DNA of 62,942 nt, filler included, from Stramenopiles sp. TOSAG23-3 (GCA_900128585.1; 12 parts of 12 records of this genome joined end to end with filler, not necessarily neighbours in it), one strand, 5' to 3'; positions 1 through 11,526 are shown, counted from the first letter of the whole stretch. The notes: a model not told the origin generated them from the sequence alone. Numbers and translations: made by a program.

Positions 1-2202
1 GTATCCAACACCCTGCGTGACCAGGTTGAAGGCACAACAAAGCCACAAGGACAACAAAGATGGTAGCGGGCGTATTTCTCATTTGCGAAACCTTTTGTCA
101 GTCAACTTTTTCAGTAGTCAAATGTATTATATAACGTCGAACACGGGTGTTGAATACCTTTTCTGAGAAGAAACAACAGTATAGTGGAAAGAACTGCTGG
201 AGCTTCTGTTTGATGTAGCAGTCGTTTTCAGCACACCGAGTGAGTAGGAAGATAGAGTTTGAAGGGGGCGGAACGAAATACGGTTTCCATCATTAGTTTC
301 AGCAACAGGTATTAATATTCAGTACAAACTAGCAGGGACAACATTGTTAAAAAATTTGAAGAAAATGGATCTGACACATGCAACAAAACCAACATTAAAA
401 ATGAAGACAACTAGAAGTATTAGAAGGGACACACCACTCACTTCACATCTGCGCGTCACGTCAATCTAGCCACTGAGTGAATGGCTGTGCTTTTCCAGTA
501 GTCCAGTAGGCAATAGGCTGTAAATTAGTAAACTTATAGGGGCGTACTTTCAATATAAAAATTCAAATGATGCCTACTTTAGAATAATAAGAGCAATGTA
601 GCAAGTTAATAAAAATTTAATACTGTAATCAATTCAGATGACTACTACGAGGACTACTAATAATGGACTGACTCCAAACTAGAGCCGATCCAAGACTGGC
701 TTCCTGCTACATTTTATTATATACACTCCCTCTTGCATGTTCTGCTTATTTAGAGTAAACGACAACTTCACAAACTCGGCCTGTGTGCCTGCTAATTTTA
801 GTATGGGGTTACCATTGAGGTGTTTTTAGTCTATATTGTGTTCATGTATATTCTCGCGTAATACTATTACCTGTAAAAAATATTTAAGGCCGTTTTCTAT
901 TTTTTTCGGTACATGTAATAGCACTAAACATTTTTGTTCCAACATCAACATTTTTTTTACTTACATAGAAATAGCACCCATCCTACATTGTTTTTTGCCA
1001 CGGCCCATGCTTATATAAATAGTCAGTCGGAGTAAAAAATGCTTCGGCAAAAACGTCGTGACTATATATATATATGCTATTCCCCTGTTAAACGAAAAAA
1101 AAGTGTAGGATAGATTGTATTCACCTGCTAAAAACGTCAATTTAATACAGGCACACACAGTGCTTTGGATGTTATATGTACCGTGTATAGCAACACAAGA
1201 GGGAGAAAAAAAAACATATGCACATCATGAATATGTACTTGTGATAGCTAACTATATAAACCAAGTGCCTATGTAAAATATCAGAAAACGTCCTACAAAG
1301 TCAAATCTAGCATAGGATTAACGTCCATCCTACACAAAGTGTCATTTCATCTCTATTGGACGATAAAATATGGTATCAATATAGTGTAGTACATCGAAAA
1401 TAACTGAGTTGTAGTGCTATTCATATGTATGTGTAAGTATAGTAGTGTAATAATTGGTATTCTCTATGTGAATTTATAGTATATAGGTCTGAAGTACATA
1501 ATAAGAGGTCAAGCAAAAGGCTTCATAAAACGACACAGGTAGGGTACCGGTTCCTGTTATATACCTGGGGTATTAATAATACCTACCTTTTGACCGAACC
1601 TCAATTAAAATTTTCGTTTCTCATTTTGTACTTTGTCTCTTGTAGTTCCACTGTTTAAATTGTTTCTGTTGCTGTGGCATTGTTTCTGAAGTTAGATTTA
1701 GATCTATATAAATAGTCTGTATGTATATATATTATTAAAATAATTAATTTAAAACTTCACCTCCAGCAGCAATTTAGGGAGAAAAGAGAAAGGGAGGGGG
1801 AAGGCTAAGGTAGGTACCGGTAGGGAAGTAAGTAAGATAGTAAGATAGTAAGTAACGAACCAGTACAGGTACCGTGCTTCCATTCTATTTGCTGTATATA
1901 CGTAGACTTTGTACATTACATGCTGCCATTCTTCCATTACACTCGTCCACATCGTCCACATTTATATTTATTAGCCCCTTAGTAGTACTTGGTAGTAGCT
2001 GACTGGGGAAGTCTTTCTTTTTTTCCGGATGGTTCTTGGTGCCCAAACGATCTACCAGTTGTTTAAAGAAATAACATTGCCGTTAATGAGAAGCTTTCGA
2101 GCGTGATGCGAATGGGCATACAAAGTCTCTACTTCTACTTGCGTGTTATTTAAGCCGTTCGAACTTTATTAAAAACAGGGAAGTTTATACTCACTTCGTA
2201 GG

Positions 2203-4301
2203 ATGTCTTGCTGTGCTCAAGGAAAGGCTGCGACGAACAACAATCCAATACTTGCGAAGGGGTGGGAAGAGTTTTGGTCAAGTGAGTACCAACTTCCGTA
2301 TTACTTCCACAAGAAATTAAAGAAGACGCAATGGGAACATCCCGGCTACAGTCTTCCCAACGGGAAACCGATTAAATTGAAAAAAATAGTGAGCTTGAAA
2401 GAGGGAATAGAAACCAAAAAGTCTAACAAAAAATTCGAGTGCACTTTTGTTCAGGGTCCCCTGGGTCTTAAGCTGCGCGAGGATATGGACGTGCGCGGCA
2501 ATATGATTGTTGAAGTGTGGGATGTAGTGCCGGAGGGTCAAGCGGACAACAGTGGCCGGATAAACGTGAAAGATCGTTTGTCGAAAATCGGGGGGGAGGG
2601 ATTGTAATTTAATGGAACTACCAGAAATTTTAAGGTCTATAAAGACGTGTGGCCGACCGCTGACCCTAGAATTTTGCAAGCCCCCTACGAAGGCAGAAGA
2701 GGACGCCTTAAATGCTGCTGCTGTAAAACGAGCGGAAGAGAGGAAACGGTTAGAGGAAGAAGAGCGCAAGGAACGTGAACGGAAAGAATTGCTGGAGAAA
2801 GAGAGGCAACTGCAGGAGCAAAAAGAGCTGGAGGCGAAAGAACTTCGAAAGAAGAGAATGCTGGAGGAAGAAAAACAAAGAGAAAAGGAAGAGCAGGAAG
2901 CCCAGGAACTGAGGGAGAAGGAAGAGCAAGAAGCCCGGGAACTGAGGGAGAAGGAAGAGCAAGAAGCCCAAGAACTGAGGGAGAAGGAGGAACAGGAAGC
3001 GAAGGCAGAGCAAGAAGCGAGAGAGCTCAAAGAAAAACAAGAGCGAGAGGCCGAAGAAGCAGAGAAAGCAAGACAGCTGGCGGAAGAACTGGCGAATGAA
3101 AATGGGGAACGGGAGACGTTCACCTTCCCCGAGGGCCCGATGGGGATGATATTGGGCGATGGGGAAAATGATGAAGACGGAAGCTTTGTCGAACTTATTT
3201 CTAAGGTTGAGGGTTCCAAAGCTGAAGAGGAAACAACTTTGCTTTTAGGAGATCGAATAGTAAAAGTGGCGAGCACTCCCGTTAAGGGTCTAGATTTCGA
3301 ACACGTGATGACTGTTTTGAAATCAGCGGAGAGGCCCGTGGAGTTAACTTTTCTGCATCCAACCGGTAACATCAGACGCAGTTTTTATTTTCACGATGGG
3401 CCCATGGGAATGACGCTCGAGGATGATACAGACGCAGCCGATAATGACATTGTAAAGCTTGCATCTATCAAAGAAGAATCGCAGGCGGCACAAATGAGTA
3501 ACTTGGAAGTCAACGACTGCATTATCGCAATTGGCAGTGAATCTGTTGCAGGGTTCCATTTTGACAAGATCATGTCTATCTTGACAGCCTCGCCCCGGCC
3601 AGTAAAACTAACGTTCATGCGCCCCCCAAAAGTAGAGGAATACGTTTACACTTTTGAAGCGGGCCCCATTGGGCTTGTCCTGGGTGATTCTGTCAACGAC
3701 AGTTCGGGAAAGGTCTTTGTCGGAGTAGTGTCAAAAAAGCCAGGGTCTGCAGCGGACAAATATCCTGACTTGAAAGAAAATGACCAGATAACTCATATTG
3801 GGGACCAAAAGGTCAAGGGCCTGGATTTTGCTCATGTGATGGAAATCCTAAAAGAAGAACCGAGGCCTATGAATTTGACCTTTATTCGCCCACAACAGGT
3901 TGAGGCAGCCTCAGTGCAGGTCGATGATGCTGCGGGCCAGGAGAAAAAGGCACCTCCCCCGCCCCAACCAGCGTCTGCCCCCCAAGCTGAGCCTGCTGCT
4001 GCAGAGGCTCCATCAACTCCCTCTTCGGGGGAAGCAAAACCGCAGTCAACCCCCCAGTCTTCTACAACTGGCGCGGCCAAGAAGCGTGGTAGTATGGGGG
4101 GGGGGGAAACGGTCGAGATCTTCTACTGTGGGGGGAAAGAAGACACCCAGGGGCTCTGCTGCAGGAAAGACACCCAGGGGCTCTGCTGCAGGAAAGACAC
4201 CCAGGGGCTCTTCAGGGGGGAAGAAACGGACTTCCAGTATTGGTGGGAAAAGTGCCGGAGCCAAAAGCAGAGGTTCTGCATCAGGAAAAAAACGCTCTTA
4301 G
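2203..4301 (+). CDS. WW domain + three or four PDZ-like domains + EK-rich coiled coil + basic tail; one gene broken by two apparent +1 G homopolymer frameshifts (about 2590-2596 and 4096-4106)
   Basis: WW motif (GWEEFWS..YYFH..TQWEHP) and repeated PDZ starts (GPLGL, GPMGM, GPMGM, GPIGL). Removing one G at 2590 gives KIGGRDCNLMELPEIL and fuses ORFs 2203-2607 and 2612-. Removing one G at 4096 gives the KRSRSSTVGGKKTPRGS tail ending at 4301. Confidence 0.8.
2880..3002 (+). repeat. Coding 33-bp tandem repeat (AQELREKEEQE, about 3.5 copies)
   Basis: Repeated gaactgagggagaaggaagagcaagaagccc units. Confidence 0.85.
4138..4212 (+). repeat. Coding 27-bp tandem repeat (KTPRGSAAG, about 3 copies in the corrected frame)
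   Basis: aagacacccaggggctctgctgcagga repeated. Confidence 0.85.
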
Positions 4302-4382
4302 TCTCTCTGTATTTCAAACGAATTTACACTAAAATGAACTTCATATTTATAGAGTTTTGCAATAATTTATAGGTACGCAATC

Positions 4383-4440
4383 TTACATAATATATTTACT
4401 TAAAAATGAGAGCCAATTTTCTTGTTTTTACATAATATAT
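4383..4440 (+). mobile_element. Short AGCCAATTTT element flanked by 13-bp direct repeats (TTACATAATATAT)
   Basis: Direct repeats at 4383-4395 and 4428-4440 bracket ttacttaaaaatgagagccaattttcttgttt. Confidence 0.55.
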
Positions 4441-4545
4441 GTAAGAAGATTTCTTATATCCTACAAGTACGTTTTGACTGTGTGAACACTCTTTTTTAAC
4501 TTTTTAAGTCCACGCTCATGGTTAGTGGACGAGTTTGGCAAGACG

Positions 4546-5475
4546 TCATTTCCCCTGCTTCTGTTTCGCACGTTTCAATCTTTCTGACAGATGGCTATGG
4601 CTTTGGATAATGCTCTTTGACAGTGGATGATCTTGGCCTAATATTGTGGTTGCCCGTTTCTTAGCTTTTTTATACTGCTTTAAGGCTTTCGCGTCGCGAT
4701 GAAGATACTCGAGCTCTACTCCATGGTTAAAATGTGCAATGGTCAGGAGGTTTGTTTCCTTTTCGTCTCCAGTGTTAGAAGCTTCAGCGTATTCCAGAAG
4801 CACAATCGCAGACTTGATGTGCTCCAGCGCTTGGGAGTGGCGACTCATCTCGGACAGAATAACGCATATGTTGATGTGCGTTCCCGCTGGATTTCCGCAT
4901 TCCGGGACCTTCTCTTCAATCGACAAAGCTTTCAAAAGGCTCTGCAGAGCACTCGAAAATTTTCTAACTTTTTTAAAATAGCAACCTAAGTTGTTGAAAG
5001 ATACAGCGCGAGCCTTCAGACGCCGCGCAGTAAAAAGTTTGACGTTGGAGTTTTTGCGAGAAAGGGCCTCGGCACTCTCAAACAACTCCAACGCCTTGCC
5101 GCTGCTCCCTTCCGCCAATAACTTGATGCCTAATTCATTTTTTTCCATTAACATTCTATACGCTTGGTTCTGGGTGTCTTCGTGGTCCCAACCAAACGTC
5201 TCACCGCGGAACAGTACTGCTTTTTCTCTGTATTTCGTTCCAAACAGGAATTTTCGTTTGTCTATCATTTCCGTCGCAACCTTGTCTAACATTTTTACAC
5301 CTTCAGGGTCCTGGGTCATCGATGACGCATCGATCCTATACTTTTTTGGAAACTGCTTGTTCCAATTCCTATTCTCGTCTTTGTTGTTAACCTTTCCTAC
5401 CAGCGCGTTGTACCTTTCCTGTATTGATTTTGCGGAGAACACGTCGTCGGTGTCATCGTCGAGGGTAGCACTCAT
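4546..5475 (-). CDS. TPR-repeat protein (kinesin light chain-like TPRs)
   Basis: TPR helices such as AVSFNNLGCYFKK..ALQSLLKALSIE, THINICVILSEMSRHSQAL and LGQDHPLS; close to the contig end. Confidence 0.8.
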   Translation of the reverse strand: MSATLDDDTDDVFSAKSIQERYNALVGKVNNKDENRNWNKQFPKKYRIDASSMTQDPEGVKMLDKVATEMIDKRKFLFGTKYREKAVLFRGETFGWDHEDTQNQAYRMLMEKNELGIKLLAEGSSGKALELFESAEALSRKNSNVKLFTARRLKARAVSFNNLGCYFKKVRKFSSALQSLLKALSIEEKVPECGNPAGTHINICVILSEMSRHSQALEHIKSAIVLLEYAEASNTGDEKETNLLTIAHFNHGVELEYLHRDAKALKQYKKAKKRATTILGQDHPLSKSIIQSHSHLSERLKRAKQKQGK

Positions 5476-5549
5476 ATGCGTCTCACTGTTATGCGCGATA
5501 TAGGGGCAGCGGAGGGAAAGTTTGTATTGTTTGCTCTCCGTTTCTTTCA

Positions 5550-5649
5550 NNNNNNNNNNNNNNNNNNNNNNNNNNNNNNNNNNNNNNNNNNNNTTAATTA
5601 ATTAANNNNNNNNNNNNNNNNNNNNNNNNNNNNNNNNNNNNNNNNNNNN
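5550..5649. other. Artificial contig linker (44 N + TTAATTAATTAA six-frame stop + 44 N); identical linkers at 11196, 16839, 22482, 28120, 33749, 39378, 45005, 50618, 56229 and 61837 (each 100 bp)
   Basis: Identical structure at each junction; intervening lengths never increase (5549, 5546, 5543, 5543, 5538, 5529, 5529, 5527, 5513, 5511, 5508). Confidence 0.98.
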
Positions 5650-5870
5650 TCGAGATAGGATTAGGGTTGGATTTGAAGTATTGGATTTAAAATGAGAGTC
5701 TTAAAACATACTATATATTTTGGTTTATTATTCAAGCTCATATTTTGTTTTCAAAAAACTGAAGTTTGGTTATTCTCTTTACTTCGTACGTGCCAATTTT
5801 ACCCTATAATAACAGCTCTATTATTTGTTAGCGTTTAATTCAACATCTCTATTAAGCACTCGTAGACAAA

Positions 5871-7649
5871 TCAAACTGCCTGTGCGAGTTTTTCGAAATT
5901 GGGAGTCCCGACACCAGTAGTAGCATCCCAGCCTTTCGTTGCTGGGAATCCCCATTTCTCGCCTGGGCGACCCCCATTGTTACCAGTGGTAACGTCGTTA
6001 AAAAGATGGGCGTTCTTGTAAATAAATGGGTTTAAGAAACCCATGGGGCTGTCCCCTTTGCTCAAACGAATTTCGTTCAACTTTGCCACAACACTGGCAA
6101 ACATTGGCGTGGCTGCAGAGGTGCCGTACGCACCGGTTGGGCTGTTGGCCAAAGCGATGCAATATTGGTTCTTATTCCCTCCAAGGGCAGCAACGTCCGG
6201 AAACCCGCGGCCTGTCTGGTTCCATTTTGATGCATCGGGCAGTTGTGATGCTGCAGTTTTCTTGTAATTAGCAACAGCGTCTGCTTGATAAGAAGGAATT
6301 CCAAACGTATCGCTGAAGCCTCCTCCTGAACCAGCCCATGCAGTCTCCTCGCCGATGGTGTTTTTAACGGCAAAGTCTGTGCCACCGACGGCAGTTGCGT
6401 AAGGGGAAGTTGCTGGGAACCCAGGGTGAAAACGTTTGCTGCTTCCACGACGGCCGAATACTCCGCCATCACCTGATGCAAACAAAACACTGACACCACG
6501 TACACCAAGTTTCTGCAACTGGACGTTTACGGACAGCATGTAGGACGTCGAACTCTGTTGCGACTCGTCGTTTCCATAACTGACGGATTGTACCAACGGT
6601 AGGTCAGCTTGCTCAAGTGCCAGCAGCGTTTCTGTCCAGTCCAAGATGGAGTACTGTTTTGTATAATAATTGGACAGCGGAATGGTTCCAGAAATCCCCT
6701 TGATCGTTTCGATGTCCAGCAAGGCTTCCTTGCACAAGTTCGGTCGGATAATTATGGAAACAAAGCACTGCTTCGGCTCATTATCTCCGTGCATGTCCAA
6801 CGTGAAATTTTTAATATTGCAATCTTTGGCGAACAGATTGAGGTCCTCTTGGTCCCAGTACACTTGCGTGAACTCGGCAACTGCTATCGAACCCTTTGCC
6901 GTTCCGTTCGGTGCTTCACCCAAGCTATATGCCTGGGTAAGAACGGCAGGTGTCACACGATTTCCAAACAAGCCTTTGCTGCATTTTCCACAATCCATCG
7001 GCCAATCGTCAGATGAGTCCTCACCTTTTTCTGCGACTGTTTTTCGGCCTTCAGCAACGTCGTCGTATTGGAGAGTCCATACGGGAGGAAAATGCCTCAA
7101 ATTCCCCACCATTTCAATAATTCCCGCAAGTTCCTGGGGAATGGAGTATGGACTCGGGGTCCGAATTATCGGCAAGGCTTGCTCCACACTAGCATGCCCA
7201 TAAACTTTCAGTTCCGTCTTGAACATTCGACTTGCGTCGGCTGCGGGCATTTGCACCCGCAGGCTGTCTCCGTCGGGTCCAACGTTTGTTGAGCATGACG
7301 GGGATTCAGTTTTGAACCAGTGCACGACAGAGTCGATAGAAGACTGCGGCACTTGAACAATATTCTTCACGTCGACGCCTGTTAGAAACTTTCCATAGTC
7401 CGCGTGAGCAGGATCAGAGACGGCCCAAAAGCGCTCTTCCAACTGCTTCAATGCGGCGTTACTTTTACGAAATAATACCATCAAGTCGACAGAATCCCGC
7501 GACGAAATGGACCGGATTACTTTCCACTCCCCGGTAGGTGAAAGAGTAGGATGAAGGTCTGCCTCCAAAACTCTTCCCGGAAATTCTGCGAAGACGTAGT
7601 GGGACAGTAAGAAAATAGCAGAAAGTACGGGAACCAACATTTTGTTCAT
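5871..7649 (-). CDS. TPP1: Sedolisin / tripeptidyl-peptidase I (peptidase S53) with signal peptide and pro-domain
   Basis: Signal peptide MNKMLVPVLSAIFLLSHYVFA; pro-kumamolisin motif (VSDPAHADYGKFLT); catalytic EALLD, SGDGG and GTSAATP; C-terminal GWDATTGVGTP. Confidence 0.93.
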   Translation of the reverse strand: MNKMLVPVLSAIFLLSHYVFAEFPGRVLEADLHPTLSPTGEWKVIRSISSRDSVDLMVLFRKSNAALKQLEERFWAVSDPAHADYGKFLTGVDVKNIVQVPQSSIDSVVHWFKTESPSCSTNVGPDGDSLRVQMPAADASRMFKTELKVYGHASVEQALPIIRTPSPYSIPQELAGIIEMVGNLRHFPPVWTLQYDDVAEGRKTVAEKGEDSSDDWPMDCGKCSKGLFGNRVTPAVLTQAYSLGEAPNGTAKGSIAVAEFTQVYWDQEDLNLFAKDCNIKNFTLDMHGDNEPKQCFVSIIIRPNLCKEALLDIETIKGISGTIPLSNYYTKQYSILDWTETLLALEQADLPLVQSVSYGNDESQQSSTSYMLSVNVQLQKLGVRGVSVLFASGDGGVFGRRGSSKRFHPGFPATSPYATAVGGTDFAVKNTIGEETAWAGSGGGFSDTFGIPSYQADAVANYKKTAASQLPDASKWNQTGRGFPDVAALGGNKNQYCIALANSPTGAYGTSAATPMFASVVAKLNEIRLSKGDSPMGFLNPFIYKNAHLFNDVTTGNNGGRPGEKWGFPATKGWDATTGVGTPNFEKLAQAV

Positions 7650-8879
7650 TGTTCCAGATCTTTTCGGACTCAAACAAATTTTTTGTAAATCTTTCGTTTC
7701 GCAATGCGTGAACAAATCGGGCGGTATAAATGTAATGGTTTATGCTCTTCGTTGATTGCCTTCTTAAAGTACTTCCTTCTTTTGTTTACCTGCAAGGGAT
7801 CCATTGAGAGATTGATAAAAAAGCAACAACAAAATTTGGAAGAAATTGCTTCGCAACAACAAAGAAGAAGAAGAAAAAACTTCACCAGTGGTGTGTGTAC
7901 GGTACCGGTAGGTATTATAATACCGGTATTAGGTACCGTGAAGGAATTTTACATAACTTGGAAAGATACAAATAGGAGAGGACAGATACCAGGATGAATA
8001 GCAAACTCACAATCGTATATAATTACTTTTCTCAGCAGCCCCCTTTGTTTTGGATTTTTTTAATCTTTTTTCAGTTTATGTTTTTCGATTGTGTCTTCCT
8101 GTTAGCAAGAATAACTTCGTTAAAAATTAAATATAGACACAGAATTAAGAAAAAGAAGGAGGAATAAAAATACCTCCTTGTCATGTTTATATGGACACAG
8201 TATATAGATTATACTGTGTACGTGTAATATATTTGTTTTAACGGTTTGTATAAACACAGCATCGGGAAAGCAGAACCGTCGATTTTCACAATGGCAAGTA
8301 TCTTTGGCGCGGAATTGAAAAATGGCAACGGACTTTGTATTAACTATTTTAAACGAAGAGATCTTTATGAAAAGAGGATCATTTTTACAATTGTAAACAG
8401 TCAAAAGTGGTTTGAGATATACAAAACTGTGTTCGTATCACTCGTTTTTCCAGATTTTCCAAATAATAGAGTGATCGTTCTGGTGGCGTTTGGTCCAAAT
8501 CGTCCATTTCACAAAAAATTGTCCCTTGGAACCGCATTTCCAAGTCAATGGAGGCCAAACAATTTATAAACTTTCGTTGGGGGCCGGACACCGATACGGG
8601 AACGATCGCCTTATCTAAACTTGTGCAGTTATGCGTCCTCCTTGCTTTCACTTGTCATTTTCTGGCCGAGCGCTTCCATACTTTGAAAATCGAGTCGGAT
8701 TTTTTTTCGCGCCAAGGACACTGAACACTTTATCGAACAGGTGTCTATCATAACACTAAACTTGAAAAAAAAACGACCGTCGTCTGTTTGTTTTTTTAAC
8801 TTCGATGGTAAAATTACATAAGAATAGCATAAGCATCTGTTTTTAGTCGTCAAAAAATATATTTTTTTACTTCGATTAT

Positions 8880-11195
8880 TTATGGAAGCACACTTAAGAA
8901 GCACCGTTTGAAACTCCATGTCCTTGCATTGTGACTCGGTAACGTGTTTAACTCAACATCTGCACCCAAGTAGCCGCTCTCATCTGTCACACTGCCACGG
9001 CAATAAATTGGGGCACTGTAAAAGCTATCGTTGCACTGCAGTTCTGTCCGGGGAACTACGCTAACTTTGATCCTGACTAACTCTGTGCTGTTCTTGCTCT
9101 CGTTCAAAACTCCATTTACAAGGGACGCATTGTGAAGATGTAGTCCTTCCAATATGTACTCATTTTCGCTGCCTATGTCGTCACTATGCGCTAACGTACA
9201 CTTGAAACAAAGGTTGTGCATGTCCAGAGAAAGCCTATGAGTATTATGGTGCAAAAGCCCTAGGAGAAAGGCTTTTGGCTTCTTCACACCTTTCAGGTTA
9301 AACACGTATTTTCCAGACTCCATAAAAGTTCGAAACACCACGGCATCGTTCGTCTTGACGGCCTGCCCAAGCACGGCACGGTCGAAATTTTTGGCCGGCT
9401 TGCTCGCCGTTGAGGGCTGATCCTTCCAGAAAAATTTCCCAAGCATAGCAAAGAACATTTCGGCACTGTTTTCGGACTGTCTGCCATCGCCAGATATTTT
9501 TGAGTACACTGTGCTATCCCTTTGCGTTTCTACAGGGACCTTTTCTATAAAATTGATCGCCATGTCAAGTCGACCGGTCGGTGGAAAATTGCTCAGATCT
9601 TCGCCGTCTACGATAGACTTATCAGATTGCCAATTGCAGCGCATAAACATTGCCTTAAAAAACTCCTGGACTATGCTCGAATCGAGGCGGTTTACCAATT
9701 TACTCAGGTAGATATCGTTGAGAATTCTCGCCTCGATGACGTCGCTGGCTGCATTTTGCGAATGCAGTTTCGCGTCGACAATGATGGCGTGTAGCTCTTG
9801 AATGGAGAAGAGGAAGTCATTGTCGCAAAACAAGGATAGTGCAGAGCGTTCTGCAACGGAGTGGGTTGCTGTTGCATGAAAATACGTCAGCACAAACACC
9901 GATCTTTGAAAAATTTTCTTTACATCCATGCTGACCTCCCCGGTGGGATTGCCCGCAGAGCCTGTCGGTAATTCGTAAACCTCAGGCGGGATAGACGAAA
10001 TCAAATGCAAAAGTCGTGACTTCAGACTGCTGTACGCCGAGTTGTCCATGGTGACCGACCGGTACGTAAGCTCCTCGGGCAGTCCGTCGCTGAAGGGTCC
10101 TGTCGACTCTTCGTCTATCAAGAGTATCAAACGAAATTGGGGATCAGCCCTGGACAGGTTGATACCAAATAGAGACGAACCACAAACCTTTTCTTTGATC
10201 TCGTCGGGCGAATTACAATCGACCAGAACCAACCACATCCCCCGGTCGATGGAAAACTGAATTATCTCCTGGAGATCGTCCTTCTTCTCCTTCCTTAGAG
10301 AATGAACTCGTACACGCCGTATGCACTTTTGCTTCATTGCGCACAGCCGAATTTCATGTACCGCAGAGCGACTTTGGCTTTGATAGACCATCAATGGGTT
10401 TCTGCAACTCGAGGATGATATTCTTTCCTCCATAGAAGCCAGGTTCATGTTTTTCATAAAGCTGTTCTCCTCAATTGTTTTCGCCCATGAAGCCAAAAAA
10501 TTCATTACACAGTACCGGCTGTCTTGGAAGCACTGGGCAAGACAGGCCTTGACCAAAGGCCGCATCGAGGTCAGTGTCGACTTAGCTAAGTCCGGGTGCT
10601 GTTCCTCGTCAAGAATGTTTGTGAAGTAATTCAAACTTTCAACACCATTGCTAAAATCCCTTGCACCGACGAGTGCACTGCACAAATTTGCTTCCGTTTC
10701 TAAAACAGCAGCAGCCCCAGAAAATAAAACTGGTATCTGTCTCTCGAGATAGCAGAGCCGGGAGTGCGCACTTCCAGCTTCAACTTGGGCTGGACTGACA
10801 AGGTGGTCGACTAATTTGGCAATTAACGGGTCCTTCTTGCTAGTTGCTTCCCATCTCATCATAAAAAAGAATGGTGCACGGTTGTTTTCCTGCAACGACG
10901 GGTACACAAAAGAGTACACGAGGGCTTCCAGATGCTGCTTCGCTTTCTTAACCAGCGCGTTGGTGTGCCTTTGCTTCGCTACCTTTGCTAACGCCGCTTG
11001 GATTAGTGAAAAAAACTGTTCGAAAGAGCACGTAAAAGATTTTTCCACGGTCGATATGAACGATATTAATTTTAAAATTCGAAGAGTTGCACTCGTGAGG
11101 TCGTCCCATATTGCAACGTCTAATTTTATTTTCTCCAATTGCTTTTGGGCCCTCTTCAGGTGTTCCTGAGATTCCTTCATGGTCTCTACCGCAGT
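8880..11195 (-). CDS. Highly divergent dynein heavy chain C-terminal region (AAA6, lid, C-terminal barrel); 5'-truncated by the contig end
   Basis: GMWLVLVDCN (cf. GxWVLLQNCH), QFRLILL, YILEGLHLHNA (cf. GVYIxGLFLEGA), YSAPIY (cf. YxCPVY), WSFKRCFL (cf. WILRGVAL), in the expected order. Confidence 0.7.
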   Translation of the reverse strand, partial: TAVETMKESQEHLKRAQKQLEKIKLDVAIWDDLTSATLRILKLISFISTVEKSFTCSFEQFFSLIQAALAKVAKQRHTNALVKKAKQHLEALVYSFVYPSLQENNRAPFFFMMRWEATSKKDPLIAKLVDHLVSPAQVEAGSAHSRLCYLERQIPVLFSGAAAVLETEANLCSALVGARDFSNGVESLNYFTNILDEEQHPDLAKSTLTSMRPLVKACLAQCFQDSRYCVMNFLASWAKTIEENSFMKNMNLASMEERISSSSCRNPLMVYQSQSRSAVHEIRLCAMKQKCIRRVRVHSLRKEKKDDLQEIIQFSIDRGMWLVLVDCNSPDEIKEKVCGSSLFGINLSRADPQFRLILLIDEESTGPFSDGLPEELTYRSVTMDNSAYSSLKSRLLHLISSIPPEVYELPTGSAGNPTGEVSMDVKKIFQRSVFVLTYFHATATHSVAERSALSLFCDNDFLFSIQELHAIIVDAKLHSQNAASDVIEARILNDIYLSKLVNRLDSSIVQEFFKAMFMRCNWQSDKSIVDGEDLSNFPPTGRLDMAINFIEKVPVETQRDSTVYSKISGDGRQSENSAEMFFAMLGKFFWKDQPSTASKPAKNFDRAVLGQAVKTNDAVVFRTFMESGKYVFNLKGVKKPKAFLLGLLHHNTHRLSLDMHNLCFKCTLAHSDDIGSENEYILEGLHLHNASLVNGVLNESKNSTELVRIKVSVVPRTELQCNDSFYSAPIYCRGSVTDESGYLGADVELNTLPSHNARTWSFKRCFLSVLP

Positions 11196-11295
11196 NNNNN
11201 NNNNNNNNNNNNNNNNNNNNNNNNNNNNNNNNNNNNNNNTTAATTAATTAANNNNNNNNNNNNNNNNNNNNNNNNNNNNNNNNNNNNNNNNNNNN

Positions 11296-11374
11296 CGAAT
11301 AATAAATAACGGAGAAAGAAGAAAGAAAAGAAGAAGAAGCCCGATTACCAAATTGTCTCTGTATTATAGACCTA
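11296..11374 (+). repeat. 79-bp terminal inverted repeat, left copy (contig 3)
   Basis: Exact reverse complement of 16760-16838. Confidence 0.95.
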
Positions 11375-11413
11375 CGTATAATAGGAATAGGATATTTTAT
11401 GTGGTTTATTTTG

Positions 11414-11526
11414 TCTCTCTTCTCTCTCTCTCTCTCTCTCTCTTTCCAGTCCTAAAATCTCAAATTAGGGATGGAATGGAATGGAATGGAATGGGATGGA
11501 ATGGGATGGGATGGAATCTCTCTCTC
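11414..11526. repeat. (TC)n and (GGAAT/GGGAT)n microsatellites
   Basis: Visible simple repeats. Confidence 0.9.

Noticed and set aside
1-1500. Possible decayed coding or transposon sequence
   Set aside because: Short interrupted frames with no motif I can identify.
5550-5649. Regularly spaced TTAATTAATTAA palindromes as a biological repeat array
   Set aside because: They are embedded in N runs of fixed length and are synthetic six-frame-stop linkers; gene adjacency across them is meaningless.
8120-8919. Several small overlapping ORFs between TPP1 and the dynein-like gene
   Set aside because: No motif and no clearly preferred frame.
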